Positions 42,292 to 56,954 of a stretch of 64,000 nt of DNA are shown piece by piece (within the stretch, counting starts at the first letter, position 1; every line of letters starts with the position of its first letter). The position numbers were made by a program, and so were the translations under genes. Location of the stretch: NCBI GenBank assembly GCA_002245135.1, contig NGBS01000001.1, forward strand, positions 62,001 to 126,000. The letters are read 5' to 3'. The stretch is from Proteromonas lacertae (taxonomy: Eukaryota). Under the pieces are notes generated by a model. That model did not search any database and was not told the DNA's origin. It saw nothing but the letters and a program-made list of their open reading frames with translations.

Positions 42292-43271
42292 ATGGAAGTG
42301 ATAAAATGTCATTCGAAACCGATTAATTGTGTTAAAAAATCACACCAAAATAATTTGTTTGCAACAGGAAGCAGTGATAGCACAATAAGAATGTGGGATC
42401 TAAGAACAAAAAAATCAATAAAGCTTATAAGAGGGTGTTTTGGTGGTGATGATGTTAATTGTATTGCTTTTAATCCACAAAGTGAATATGAACTCTCTGC
42501 TTCAACGAATGATTCAATTTTCACTTTTGATTTAAGAAACAATCAAATATTCGTGAGTGAAAGTAATTTTGTATTTCTAAATTATTAATAAAATGACAAT
42601 AGCATTTCTCAATAATTGAAGATGAAATAAATTATTTGGTCTATACTCATAATGGAAAGGATCTGTTAGTTGGTTGTGATTCAGGGTATAATAATTAATA
42701 ATATTTTTATTTTAGAATGATACAATTACTAAAACCTTACAATTTATCAGATAATAAAGAATTCAATAAACACAATAATATAATTGGAAATATATCATTG
42801 AATTACTCAGATAGTACAAATCCAATATTTATAAGTTGTGGCTTTGATTGTAATTTATATTTATGGAATTATGAAACGTCTAAATGTCTTAATTGTTTGC
42901 CAATTAAATCTATTAATCCACCAGGTTTACCATGCAATATACCTTATATATATAATACTGAAATATGTGGTGATAAATGTATTGCTTCTATTGGGGATGG
43001 TAGTATTGGAATGTATAAAATACCAAATTTTAAACAAATACAAAGGAAGAAAATATATGATAATCCTTGTATTGAAGTTAGATATATTAACAGCAACGCA
43101 ATTATATCTGCTTCAAAGAGTAAGTATATAACTATATTAAATGGTCAATTGGATGTGTTGAAAACGTATGAGTATGTTAATGGTATAAATATGATTGAAA
43201 TTTATGACAACAATTCGATATTAATAGCAGATATGTCAAATAATTTGGTTTATTTCCCAATATCATATTAA
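42292..43271 (+). CDS. WD40-repeat protein, WDR53-like
   Basis: FATGSSDSTIRMWDLR, FTFDLR, EDEINYL...VGCDSG, ISCGFDCNLYLWN; two introns. Confidence 0.75.
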
Positions 43272-43341
43272 TGAATAACACAAGGAGTTTAATAAAAGTA
43301 ATTAGAAATATCTTTATTTATAAGATTGTATTTATTAAAAA

Positions 43342-43979
43342 TTATCCTTCCAACACTAAATTCATGAATTTACGCTTGCTAAACATCATCCACCATTTAT
43401 TCAAATTCTTATCTTTTGTATATAAATGATCCAACAATCTATATACAACTTCCATTCTTAATTGAACTAGATATGCTTTAAATGTAGCTATGCAGTAATA
43501 TATTCACAATTACAATATACAATTATCATCCTCATTATTTGATTTTCTAATAAACTTACCAAGAGGCCAGTTAGAATCACCAGGGACTATTTTAACATTT
43601 TTAGACATTGTACTGAGTGTCATTCTACCCTGATCACGAGTTGGACAGTCTTTTTGCACTGTCAAAATACACTATTAATAAAATAACTTAAATAACTCAC
43701 ATACTTTTGTTATAAAAAGTGTTAAATAGGCTAATAATCTATCAGCAGGTCCTTGTATATCAAATTCATGATAAAGAACATTTGCTCTGAAGAAAGTAAT
43801 AGCTTCATCTATAATGTCTTGTTCTGGATTATCCTTTAATTTCTTTTGTGCAGGACCTGGAAATGTGGTTTTTATTGCTAAAAGAGAGGCAATCACAGAT
43901 AATTTTGGATTTTGTGTCTTCATTAAATGAAGAATGATATGATGGCTGTACATAAAAGTAAACAAATTGTATATACCAT
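43342..43979 (-). CDS. ARPC3: Arp2/3 complex subunit 3 (p21-Arc); +1 break near 43888
   Basis: MPSYHSSF; GPA...DIIDEAITFFRANV; GPADRLLAYLTLFI; KWWMMFSKRKFMN. Confidence 0.93.
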
Positions 43980-44076
43980 ATTTAAGTCTGTTTAAACGAA
44001 GATATCTAAAGAAGAAAAAAATCTATCAAGCTTTCAACGAGCCAAGTTTTTTTCATTTTTTTCAAACTAATTAAAA

Positions 44077-44718
44077 ATGGGTTGTTTATGTACAAAGGAC
44101 ATTCGTATAAATTATTGTTTACATTATTAGCACTTGAGACGATCTCAGATAATAAAACTCCTTTGCTTGCTGGCCAAGATACACCAAATCCACCAGTTGT
44201 TTCTTCTAAAGACATTCCAGGGTATATCCTTATATAATAAGTAATAGTCTTCCACAAATTGATACAATTAATGAAATTAATCAAGAGCAAGATGACGCAC
44301 TAGACAAATGTCACTTTAAAAATGTAATTGAATATGCAGAAGAGTATGTAGATAATGCATATGATAAAATAGGCACTTTTTAAAAGCTGATGAAGGTTAT
44401 GATAGTCAAATTAATCCTTTAGATTATGTTGAAGATTATTCGTATTTATTTAAGCATTTTTATATTAATCAAATAGAAATTTAGTAAAATATTTCTCAGT
44501 AAAACATCAAAAGCCAATCCCTGCTTTACCTCACAAATCTGTTGATATACTGGAGAAATACTTGGATGAGCCGATTGAATATGAAAAATCATTAAACATT
44601 GTATAATATAATATTATATAATGTGAATATATAGCTGAAATCAATGGATGGATATATTCATAACACTTTAACTTCTCAACCGATATATAGTAATATTAAT
44701 ATTATGATTGAACAATAA
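44077..44718 (+). CDS. Ragulator/EGO scaffold LAMTOR1-like (p18/Ego1), six exons, about 160 aa
   Basis: MGCLC acylation start; DNKTPLL acidic dileucine; KPIPALP...EPIEY...LKSMDGYIHNTL...INIMIEQ* parallels the LAMTOR1 C-terminal half. Confidence 0.6.
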
Positions 44719-44874
44719 TATTATATATGTTTGAAAGTAAGTAATTTCTTTTTCTTTTGTTTATGTCAATTTATTGTTGTTTATTATGAAGCAGTTTTGA
44801 TTTGGGTTATGATTTTAAATAATAACAATAAGATAGACAAAATATAGAAGCATTGAGCACTAAGAATTAAAAGT

Positions 44875-45310
44875 TTACCAGTCTTCATCATCTCCAAATA
44901 ATCCACCAACATTTCCAGTTTCTTCTTCCTCTTCTTCTTCCTTCTTATCTTCTTTCTTATCTTCAGCTGGGGCAGCACCTATTTTAATAGATAAATAAAA
45001 TATTCTATAAAAAAGTATATATAATACCTCCAGCAGCAGCTCCTGCAACAGCAACAGCTACACCTGGTGTTCCACCAATGGCTTTTAATAAATCATGACC
45101 AGCAGATAATTTAGCAAACATTTGTGTCCAATAAGCAGCAACTTTATTATTTGATCCACTGACTAATTTTTTTAAGTTATCTTCCTAGATGAATATTAAA
45201 GGACAATAAAATACAGTAACATCGACTTTAGCATCAGCACAGATCAAAGTAGCAAGAGATACTACTAATTCTTCTTTACCTTCAGGTGTTAGATCAGCAA
45301 TCTTTCCCAT
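44875..45310 (-). CDS. RPLP1: 60S acidic ribosomal protein P1
   Basis: ELVVSLATLICADAKVDVT; VAAYWTQMFAK; Ala/Gly hinge; EEEEETGNVGGLFGDDEDW*. Confidence 0.92.
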
Positions 45311-45495
45311 TATTGACTTTGGGGCTTTAAAATAAAACACTCAATGCAAATTATAATGAAGTGTTCGGTGGTCCACTTTTGCTTGATAATCAAGATTATT
45401 ACTTTACATTTTCGGCTTGACAAGTGTGTTTGAGTGAAGCTTGAGTTTTGATTTTGAAAACGTTTTTTTTCTGTTTTGATTAGAATTAAGTATAT

Positions 45496-47079
45496 ATGAC
45501 ACAACAATTACCTTGGAATGCTAATGCGAAACAAATAAAGCAGCATGTTAACCCCTATATCACAGAAGCTCAAGTTAGAGCAAGACTTGCCAGAGAACGA
45601 GAAAACGATTATATGTTGGAGAAATTACATCAACAAGAAAAACAAGAGCAATTAACTAGAAGATATAATGAAATGGAGAGGGCTGCAGATAGAAAACATA
45701 GAGCAAATGAAAATGCTGCTATTACAGCAGAATTAGTTATGACAGATAAATTACATAGAGATGCAATGGCTAGTAGAGAGCATCAACGAAGGATAGAACA
45801 AGATGAACAATTAGCAAATGCATTAGCCTTCAAAAAAGCAGAAGATGAAATGAAATTAAGAGAAATTCAAAGAATATGCGAAGAGGATGAAGGTCTTCGT
45901 GAATTACAAGATAAATTAAAAACTGCGTATGTAACAAAAGAGAGAATTTTACAAATGCAAGATAAAGAATTCCAAAGACAACAAGAAAAGGAAATGGAAT
46001 ATGCAGAATATCTAAGAGAAGAAAATCAACGAAGATTAGACGGTATAGCCGAAAGAGAAAAAGAAGAAAGATTAAGACAACAAAGAATAGAAGGAAAGCA
46101 TGTAATAGAAGCTCAAATGAAAGAAAAGGAAGATCGAATAGCCACAGAAGCAGCAGCAGTAGCAGAAAGAGAAAAGAGACAAATTGATGATATAATGAGA
46201 AAGATAGCTGAAGAAGATGCTGAAGTATTAAGAAAGAAGAGAGAAATGCAAGAATATATACAAGGCTTTATTCGACAATATATTAAAGATAGAGATGAGA
46301 AGCGTAAACGTGAGAAATTAGAAGAACAACAGGAGATGGAGAAGATAGCAAGAGAAGCTGCAATTCGAGATGAAAGATCTAGACAAATACAAGAAAGAAA
46401 GGATGCGTTACAAGCTAGGAGAGATGCATTATATGATCAAATATGTGCTGAAGCGAATAAAAAGATTGCTTATGAACAAGAGATGGAGAGATATCGTGAA
46501 ATATTATATATTGAAGAAGAAGAGCAGAGATTGCGTGAGATGGATAGAGTAAGAGCTGAGAAACAGAAGGCAATGATGGACGAGATGATGAGAGCCAATC
46601 ATGAGATGCAAGCCATGAAAGCTGAGAAGATGAGACAAGAACAATTGGCAGAGGAACAAATAGCAGAAGAAATGAAAAAGAAGTTTGAAGAAGATTTGAG
46701 AAGAGAAAGAGAAGAATTTGAAAGGAATCAAGAACAGAAGAGAATATATTGTGGTGAATTGCAAGATCAAATTAAGAGAAGACAAGAAGCTTATAGAATT
46801 GAAATACAGAGAGAACAATTTGAAATTGATCAAGAGAAAAGAAGACAAGAGTTTAAAAAGAAAGTTGTTGAAGAAGCACGTAAAAGACTTTTACAACAAC
46901 ATGCTGTGGAACTTGGCGAATACTTACCCAAAGGTGTTATTCAGAATGTTGATGAATATCAAATGGTGTATGGCAATGGTCCTTCATCTGCAAATGATCA
47001 ATCTGCTCAATTTCAATATTATAATGAGAGGAACTGGAATGGTCCTCAAGCACAATACTCTAATCCTTACAGATCATAA
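45496..47079 (+). CDS. MNS1: MNS1, axonemal coiled-coil microtubule inner protein; intronless
   Basis: LRELQDKLKTAYVTKER and VEEARKRLLQQHAVELGEYLPKGV match the conserved MNS1 blocks. Confidence 0.88.
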   Translation: MTQQLPWNANAKQIKQHVNPYITEAQVRARLARERENDYMLEKLHQQEKQEQLTRRYNEMERAADRKHRANENAAITAELVMTDKLHRDAMASREHQRRIEQDEQLANALAFKKAEDEMKLREIQRICEEDEGLRELQDKLKTAYVTKERILQMQDKEFQRQQEKEMEYAEYLREENQRRLDGIAEREKEERLRQQRIEGKHVIEAQMKEKEDRIATEAAAVAEREKRQIDDIMRKIAEEDAEVLRKKREMQEYIQGFIRQYIKDRDEKRKREKLEEQQEMEKIAREAAIRDERSRQIQERKDALQARRDALYDQICAEANKKIAYEQEMERYREILYIEEEEQRLREMDRVRAEKQKAMMDEMMRANHEMQAMKAEKMRQEQLAEEQIAEEMKKKFEEDLRREREEFERNQEQKRIYCGELQDQIKRRQEAYRIEIQREQFEIDQEKRRQEFKKKVVEEARKRLLQQHAVELGEYLPKGVIQNVDEYQMVYGNGPSSANDQSAQFQYYNERNWNGPQAQYSNPYRS

Positions 47080-47246
47080 TAATTTATTTAAATATATTAT
47101 TTTTGTTGTTTTCTGTAATAGATTTGATAATTTATTGATAAATCAATCCAGTACACAATGAGATATTGAGGAAATAAAAAGATATAGATTCGTTTTTTAG
47201 CTTGAGGCTTGAACCGTTTCTTATTTATAGTTTTCTTTTTTTATCG

Positions 47247-48212
47247 ATGGATTCGGATGCTTTAATCGAATGGATGGCAAAAACTTCTAAATCGGCTAGA
47301 AGTCCACATAAAAAACAACATAAATATGATACAGGCACATGTTTTGATACAGTATTAGTAAACACAAAAGAAATACCTGGTGGTCATCCTCATGTGCATA
47401 TTGAATCTGAATTGGGAGCATTTTCAGATTATAGACCAACTGAAAAACCATCTCCTTCACGTATTTTATATTAGATTAATGTTTGCGTAGGTTATCTTAT
47501 GAGTCATACTGGTAATGGAGGTCAGAGACCATTTACACCATGGGAGATGAAGACTTTAGATGATCATAAGAAATGGCAATATAAATTAAAAGGTCCAAAA
47601 TCAGCAGGAGCTTATCATAGACGTGCCAACCCACCGAACACTGATTTCCGTCGTTATTACGATAGAGGTGATATTCCAGTGAAAGTTATGCATGGTATTT
47701 TCAGAAAAGTTGTTTGGTTAAAAGAGTTTAATGATATTGATTTATTCGTTATATTACCACTATTCTTTGAAGGATTAAGAGAAGAAGAAGAACCTTATAA
47801 ATTCCTTGCTTATCAAGGTACATTAGAATTACTTCAACATTGTGAAGAAGATAGAATTGTTCCAGTAATTCCACAAATTGTATTACCATTAAAGACAGCT
47901 TTGAACACTCGTATTAATAATGTGATTGTAAGATGTTTAAGATGTATGAAAGTATTAGTAGAAAAGGGAAATATGGTAGGAGAAGCATTAGTTCCTTATT
48001 ATCGTCAATTATTACCTATTTTGAATATATTTTCTATTATGGATCGTAATTTGGGAGATGCTATTGATTATCATCAAAGATGTAATGATAATATAGGTGT
48101 ATTGATAGGTGAAGTATTGAATTTGATGGAAATATATGGAGGACCTGATGCTTTTATTAATATTAAATATATGGTTCCTACTTATGAGAGTTGTTTAACC
48201 AATGGAGATTAA
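47247..48212 (+). CDS. PACRG: Parkin co-regulated protein (axonemal inner junction)
   Basis: FRRYYDRGDIP; LPLFFEGLRE; VGEALVPYYRQLLP; GGPDAFINIKYMVPTYES. Confidence 0.93.
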
Positions 48213-48422
48213 ATTTTAGATTTTAAATATTACAAATTTACATTATTATATATTATAGCATAATTAATTAAAAATATATCTTAAATTTTATTAAATTGTG
48301 TGTTTTTGGATGAGTTAAAGAAACAAATATATAAATAACAACAACAAACATTTAAAAAAAAGGATTCTAAGTATCTACATTATTGTGAGTATAAAATTGA
48401 GTTATGTTTGTATTAATAACAT

Positions 48423-49573
48423 TCACTTCTTCACCAAATTCTGAATGTTTGGATTGTATTTTAAATTATTTAAACTACGATTATTTCCACCATAAACATC
48501 TCTAGAATAATCTTTTAATTTCTCATTTATTGAATCTAAAGCTTCTGCGTATGCATGTAATACATACCTCTCATTTCTACTATATCTATCTGATCTTAAT
48601 ACTTCAAAACAATATAACTCTTCATTATTTTCTCTTTTCCTTTTAAAAACATCTTCATTATTATCTGTATTGTTTTCTTCTATCATACTGTTATTTTTAT
48701 CTATTTCACTTGTTAGATATGCTTTAATCAGTTTCTTTGTTAAATCTTCTAATAAGGATGGTGTTATTATTGCTGATATTGGTGATTTAGTATTAATATC
48801 AGCATGTAGTAGTATATCTGTTGATTGTGGTGTTGATGGTGGTAATGGTATAGTTAGTGATGGCTCATCTATTTGCTGTTGTTGTTGTTGTTGTTGTATT
48901 ACTGTTGCATAACTGAGAAGTGGAGTTTGAGGTTGTTTCTATTAAATAATAATTAATTGATTGAATATATATATACATTTACAAAACTAAGTGGTGGATT
49001 TGATATTTGCGATAAATAATTTCTTCGGAATTTGCTATCATAGTTTTTACAATCTACACATTTACAGTTATCTGTACAAGATAGACCAGCTTGATAACAT
49101 TCACAATATTTCTTTAGACAATTACTTTTCTTACAATTACAACCTCTTATACGTCCTATTTCAACAGTTTCATTTATTTCTTGTGCTTTCAATCTGAAGG
49201 CATTTGGATCTCTACTTAATACAGTTTCTATTGCTTGATTTCTTTGTTTCTCAAACATCTATTTTATAATACATTTTCAATAATTATACAGGATTATTAC
49301 AACAATTTTTGCAAGTACATTTATTTTTTTCACAAAAAATACCAGCAGCAAAACAATCACAGTATAATTTTAAACACTTCGATTGCTTACAGTGACAAGT
49401 CTTTCTTGATGGAGTGCAAGGTGTATATGGAGTTGAAGGGGTTGAAACTCTTGTTGGTGAGGTGAAATCTCTTCCTAGCGTATTATTCGCTGGAATAGAT
49501 ATGTGCGGGGAATTAAATCTGCAGACATGAAAATAAAAAATCAATACAGAGTTCTATTACTATCAAAATTCAT
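48423..49573 (-). CDS. Tesmin/TSO1/LIN54-like CRC (two CXC) domain protein, copy A
   Basis: [25 protein letters not shown] hinge; [20 protein letters not shown]. Confidence 0.92.
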
Positions 49574-49724
49574 CAGAAAAAAGTATTTAAATTCTCAAAA
49601 TTCAAAAATTCAAAATAGATTTAAATCCAAATTTTGTCCTTCCATAGTATTATTTCAATTCTTTTCCTCTTCAATTCATAAACACATATCTTAATATTTA
49701 AAAAATATAAAGTAAATAAAAATA

Positions 49725-51274
<1,550 letters not shown>

Positions 51275-51454
51275 TTTAAAATTTTATGAAACGAATTATA
51301 TTTTTGAAACAACAAAAACATTAACAAACATCACTATACTCTTATTCTTAATTCTATTTGGCTTTATAATTGAGGTAATTCAAATGATAAGATTTCCTTC
51401 TTTTTATCGTAAGTAACATAATAAACATTTAACAGATATAAATATTATCTTAAA

Positions 51455-54400
51455 TTAAAATGCACTTTGTGGACGAATTCTTCTATTTCTTATTGAACTT
51501 CTCCTATTTTCATTTATAGCTTTTGTAGAAGCAGCAGTTAAATGGAGGATGAGGTGAAAATCTTTGTGAAATGGGAGTAATAGATGATCTTACATCTTTA
51601 CTATTCTCCAATACATTCATATCTTCATCAAATCTAGACTGTATCTCTTGAATAGAAGCAAATGTAGATTTTCTTTTTCTCTTCTCAATATCCTTCTCTT
51701 TTCTCTTATCAATTATTTCACCAGCATCTAATCTAATTCTTCTCATTTCTTCATAAGAAATCATATCTTCAAGTCTTCTACTTCCACCTAAATAATTAGC
51801 GACTTGATATTGTTCATAATATAATGCCAACATCAATGCAGTATAACCACTATTATTAACCAACTATATATAGAAAAATATAATGTTTATATATACTCTT
51901 TGATTACATCCACTATTCACTAAAAATCTAACAATTTCTATATGTCCATTTACACTAGCACACATTAAAGCTGTATGACCTAATTCACTTCTATAATCAA
52001 TAATATCTCCTTCTAATATCAAATTCTTCACTTCAAACAAGTCACCAATTGAACAAGCATATTGTAATCTTGTCATTTTAGTCTCTAAAAAGATTGTTTC
52101 ATCATGTAAATGAGTTAATGTAACATCATATATCTTTGGAGCTGTTGGAACATATTTAATTGGATCATAATCTGAGTCACTACTCCAACTACTATCAGAA
52201 TCTGAATCTGAATCATCACTAGAAGAAAATCCATCTTTATCATTCTTTGGTATTTCAACATGTAATATTGTCGAATTTGATTGTTTCTCATTTATATTAT
52301 CATTATTATTATCTGATGGTTTTTGTATCACTGAATCCCATGATATTGTTTCACAAGTACTTTGTATATTTGGTTTTATTAATTCATCCAAATCTAGTTC
52401 AGGTTTCTTATTTGATGTTTTCTTTTCTCCTAATAATATATGATCATCTACTTCATATCTTTGACCTGGATATTGGCCTAAATCATTCTTCATTAACACT
52501 GCACCTTTTATTTCTAAATATCTTATACAATCATTGTTCTTTCTTTCACATGCAAAATGCATTGGTGTATTTCCATTATTAGTAGTAGCATTTACTTCAG
52601 CACCTTCGGCTATTAGCATTCTTAGTATTGTATATCGATTATACCAAGCCTAAAAACATACATCGATTATAAATAATATATACAGCATAATGTAAGGCAG
52701 TTGCACCACTCTTATCAACTTCATTCACATTTACTTTTTGTTTAAATAACAACTTCACAGTTTCAATATCATTTTGAATTGTTGCGATTGATAAAGGTCT
52801 TAATCCCATTTCAATATATCTCATCTATTCACAATAATAAATATAAATATACATTAGCTCTAATAAATGGATCATTTACATCAACTGTGCCAGTCATACT
52901 TGACCTTCTTTTACCTTGTGATTGTTTATTATTATCATCTTCAGACATTACATCTGTTGGTCTTTTTCCACCAGGAAATTGTCCTAATGCATTGGGTAAT
53001 CTTAAAGCTCCATGACTTTCTAGAAACGTAATTAATGCCTTATTATTTCTTTCATATGCAAAATGTAAAGCTGTGTTCTTTCTTAAGTTTTGTGCATCTA
53101 TATCTGCTCCTTTTTCATATAACATTTGAGATATCACAACATGACCTCTCCATGCACAATGTATTAAAGGAGTACTTCCACTGATATCTCTTTCATTTGG
53201 ATCTGCACCTCTTTCTAATAAATCTCTTACCTTTTCCACATTACTCATTTTACATGCTGTTGACAATTCTTGTGGCTATTTAATAACAATAATTATTATC
53301 ATATTCATACTTCTGGTTTTGCTAATTTTACTTTCTTTTTCTTCTTATTCAATCTACCTATATTTTCATTCTCTTCATCTAAATTATTACCTCCATATAA
53401 TATCCTTAAATCTCTCGGAATTGCTGGTTTTGTTCCTTTCTTATTTGCTAATCTTAAAGCTCCATGTTTTAACAAATATGTCATTGCTTTTCTATGTTTT
53501 TTTAATGCACAATAATGAAGTGCTGTGTTGAAATATACATCTTGATCATTAATGTTTCCACCTTTCTTATAAATATAATCTATTAATTTCATTTTCCCAC
53601 ATTTACTCTATTAATGAATGAAAATTAGTAATATTATAGTTATACAGCAAACATAAATGGTGTTTGACCTAACAAATTCATTTGATTAATATCTTCCTTT
53701 TCTTCTTCTACTAATACTATCAATGCTTCTAGATCCTTCTTCTTTGTTACATAACATATCAATGGAGTATCTTTATCCACTTCTTCTTTATACTTTTTCT
53801 AAATAATAATAAAAACAGTATATATATATATATATATAATATTTTATATACAATTCTTTTTAGAGTATTTTCATGCTTTTCTTCTGGTGTTAATTCTTTT
53901 GGCTTTCTGCTCTTCTTTTTCTGTTCAACTCTCTTCATCCACGCTTTACCATATTTCTCACTATAAGGTAGTGAAGCAATAGCTTGCATTGTAACTCTAG
54001 AATACATTTTGTGTAAGAAATCAATGTAATCTTCTTCTTTTAAACTATCTACCCACATATCAGCAACTTCGAAAAGACTTTCAAAGTATTCATCTTTATC
54101 AACACTTACTTCATTGTTTTTCATACTATCCCAATCATCTAGACAACTTAATTTACTTTTTGTTTTATCAAAGTCTGGAAATACACATCTTCTCATCTAT
54201 TATTTAAAAACAAATATAAATACTCTCATTAAAAGATGAATAAACTCTTCTTTACTAACTTCACCATTTGGTAACTTTGGATGGCTATTTAAAATATTAA
54301 TTGTAGTAATAAATACTTATCCCAAAATAATTGAATAACTTGTCTTATTCTAACTGAACTCTTTAGTTTTTCTCTTGCTTGTAATGATTCTTGATTATAA

Positions 54401-54696
54401 TATACTGGATTACCTTGTAAATAATATGGAATTTTTAGTTTTTTCTTATCAAGCTTCTCAAAATCAAACAATAATTCTGGTGTAACTTCATTAACATTTA
54501 AACCTTTACCAAACGCTGTTTCACCATCTCCAAAGATTTTTTGTTCTTTTTCTTTTGCTTCATTAGATAACTCTTTCGCTTTTGCTTCTAATAATTCTTC
54601 AGCTGTTCTAGGTCTATTTTTTTCTTCCTCTTCTGCTATATGCTTCTTAAGTTTTTCTTTTAGGTATATAAATGACTGTTCTCTTCTGTGTGTCAT
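51455..54696 (-). CDS. Ankyrin-repeat protein with an N-terminal EF-hand-like region; +1 break near 51540
   Basis: GEVSKEEFIHL and YFESLFEVADMWVD region, then ANK motifs (NTALHYC, GSTPLIHC, GATALHYA, GNTPMHFA, GHTALMCA). Confidence 0.82.
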
Positions 54697-54852
54697 GAGA
54701 ACCAAAAACTGTTATATTTTAATGAAAATATCACCACATTTTTTCATACACCGGATAATTTAAATTGTTGCTTTTGATTGAAATAGTCAAAATAATACAA
54801 AAGAATCACAAAATATAAAATATAATTACTGTAAAAATATGCCATGAAGAAT

Positions 54853-56627
54853 CTAAGAATTATTAAATAGACGAATCCATTCTTGATATTTACTTTTTGT
54901 ATCTTTATCCACTGATGGCTTCACATTATTAATTTCATTCACAAAATGGTTCTATAACAGAATATAAGCAATAATAATAATAATATACCATTTCAACAGG
55001 AATTTTCAATAAATAATCATCTAATTCCTCCAAATCTCTATTCTGTATTTCTTCTTCACTCATATGGCTCAATACTTCTAATGCTGGACTTCTAAGAGCT
55101 TCATAACATATCTGATGAATGTCACTACAACTATAACCTTCAGTCAATTCACTTAATTTATCATAATCTATATCATTCTTTAGTAAATGGTTGCTGGATT
55201 GTATTTTATATTTAAATATTCTTTTTCTACACTCTCTTTCAGGCAAATCAACAAATAACAATTTATCAAACCTTCTTCTAACCATATCATTTAATTTTTC
55301 AGGTTTACTGGTTGTAGCAATTACAGTAACTGCAGTTTTAGTATTACCTTCTTCAGTGTTTAATATATTTTTCATTCCTTCATTAAATTCATTGATTATT
55401 ATCTCATTATTCTTATTATTGTTATTAAACAATTCATCAATATTATCAATAAAAATAATAGAAGGAGAATAAAACTCTGCTATTCTAAACAAATACTTCA
55501 AATAATTTACTTTATCATCTTTTATCTCTAAAGTACTGGATAAAGGTAAATCAATGTAAAAGTAAGAAGCACAGCTTTCATTGGCTAATGATTCTGCTAT
55601 TGTTGATTTACCAGTACCTTTTGCACCAAATAACAACACACTTCTTGCTTTGAATGAATCAGGTAATAACATTGGAAATATTATTGACTCATACAGTGAT
55701 CGCTTTATATCACTATATATATATATTTACTTACATAATAATAATAATATATATATATATATACTCATATCCAACCAAATTATCTAATTTAATAATATTA
55801 TTGGTTGATACAACTATTCTGTTTTCTATATCATCAATTATTGATCTGATTTGTTCACTCGATTCTTTATATTCGGAATAATGACTTTCTACATATGCAC
55901 CACTAATTGGTAATTCTTCTTCTTCTTCTTCTTGTTTTTCTATTTTTGTATTAATTACTGGTGGTGGAATTGGTTGAGATGGTTCTTGAATTTGTTCATC
56001 TTCTTCAACTTCTTCTTCTTTAATCTGATTTTTATCTATCTTCTTTGTTGCAGCAGATGTTTTCTTTGATTTCAATGTTGTTGTCTTTTTAACTAATCTT
56101 TTCTTTGTTTCTGTACCTTTTACTCTCTTTTCTACCTCCTTCTTTTTTGAATCAACACCTTTCTTTTTTGATTTATCATCAGCTTTTGATTTTGGTGATA
56201 TTGGAGATTCTTCTGGTTTTGTAACAGCGATTTTTTGTTCAGGAATACTTGGAGGTGGTGGAGGCGTTGATGTAATTTCAGATTTTTGTTGTTTATCACT
56301 AGATGACGTAAGAATAGACTTTGAATGAAATGATGTTTTTCTTGGAGTTAGTAGAGATTTTTGTTTAACCATAGTTTGAGGTGAATTAGGTATTTGAGAA
56401 ATCATAGTTAAAACTGCGCAATCTTCTTGACTAATCCTTGATTCAATCTATTACATTTTGTTAATGTTATATTTCTATACTTTTTCTATAGTATTTACGA
56501 TTGTTCTGAGATTAGCCAAAATTTCTTGGTAGCTATTGTGTGCCAATTCATATGACCCACAATGAGTATAATTTCTGGCATTAATAATGTCCTGGTCTAG
56601 ATTTTCAAACAAAGAATTTTTTATCAT
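54853..56627 (-). CDS. Divergent katanin p60-like AAA protein with a degenerate Walker B motif
   Basis: N-terminus NARNYTHCGSYELAH paralogous to the 49725-51274 gene; GAKGTGKS; IIFIDNIDE; RRRFDK. Confidence 0.82.
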
Positions 56628-56954
56628 TTCAAAAATATATGCGTTTTAGATATGAAAGAACAGTTACAATATCAACACACAATTATAATTCCATCATTTA
56701 TTTCTAAACCACATATTAAATGTATTTATTGAGACAATTTAAAAAACTTGAGAATTCATTCAAAGATTCACTTATTTATTTGTACCTACAACTTAGGAGG
56801 GTATATTATTCATTTTTATCACAATTTGCGAGGGTTTCAATCTTGTTCTATAACATGCGAAAGAATTGTTCGATTTTTTAAAAATTCAAAATAAATTTGA
56901 ATTTTCATTTCAGTTTTTAGTAGTTTTTGTTTTTTCTCAAACTGTAGCTAGAAT

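Noticed and set aside
44006..44290. 94-aa minus-strand ORF
   Set aside because: Antisense to the better-supported spliced LAMTOR1-like gene
45382..45394. Short inverted repeat CTTGATAATCAAG in the RPLP1/MNS1 promoter
   Set aside because: A 6-bp stem is expected by chance; no snoRNA boxes or longer structure nearby
49595..49620. TTTGAA (CHR-like) copies upstream of CRC-A as autoregulation
   Set aside because: TTTGAA/TTCAAA precedes many unrelated genes here and is common at this AT content
56628..56954. Largest intergenic gap as a possible ncRNA locus
   Set aside because: No C/D or H/ACA boxes, tRNA A/B boxes or stable stems that I could support
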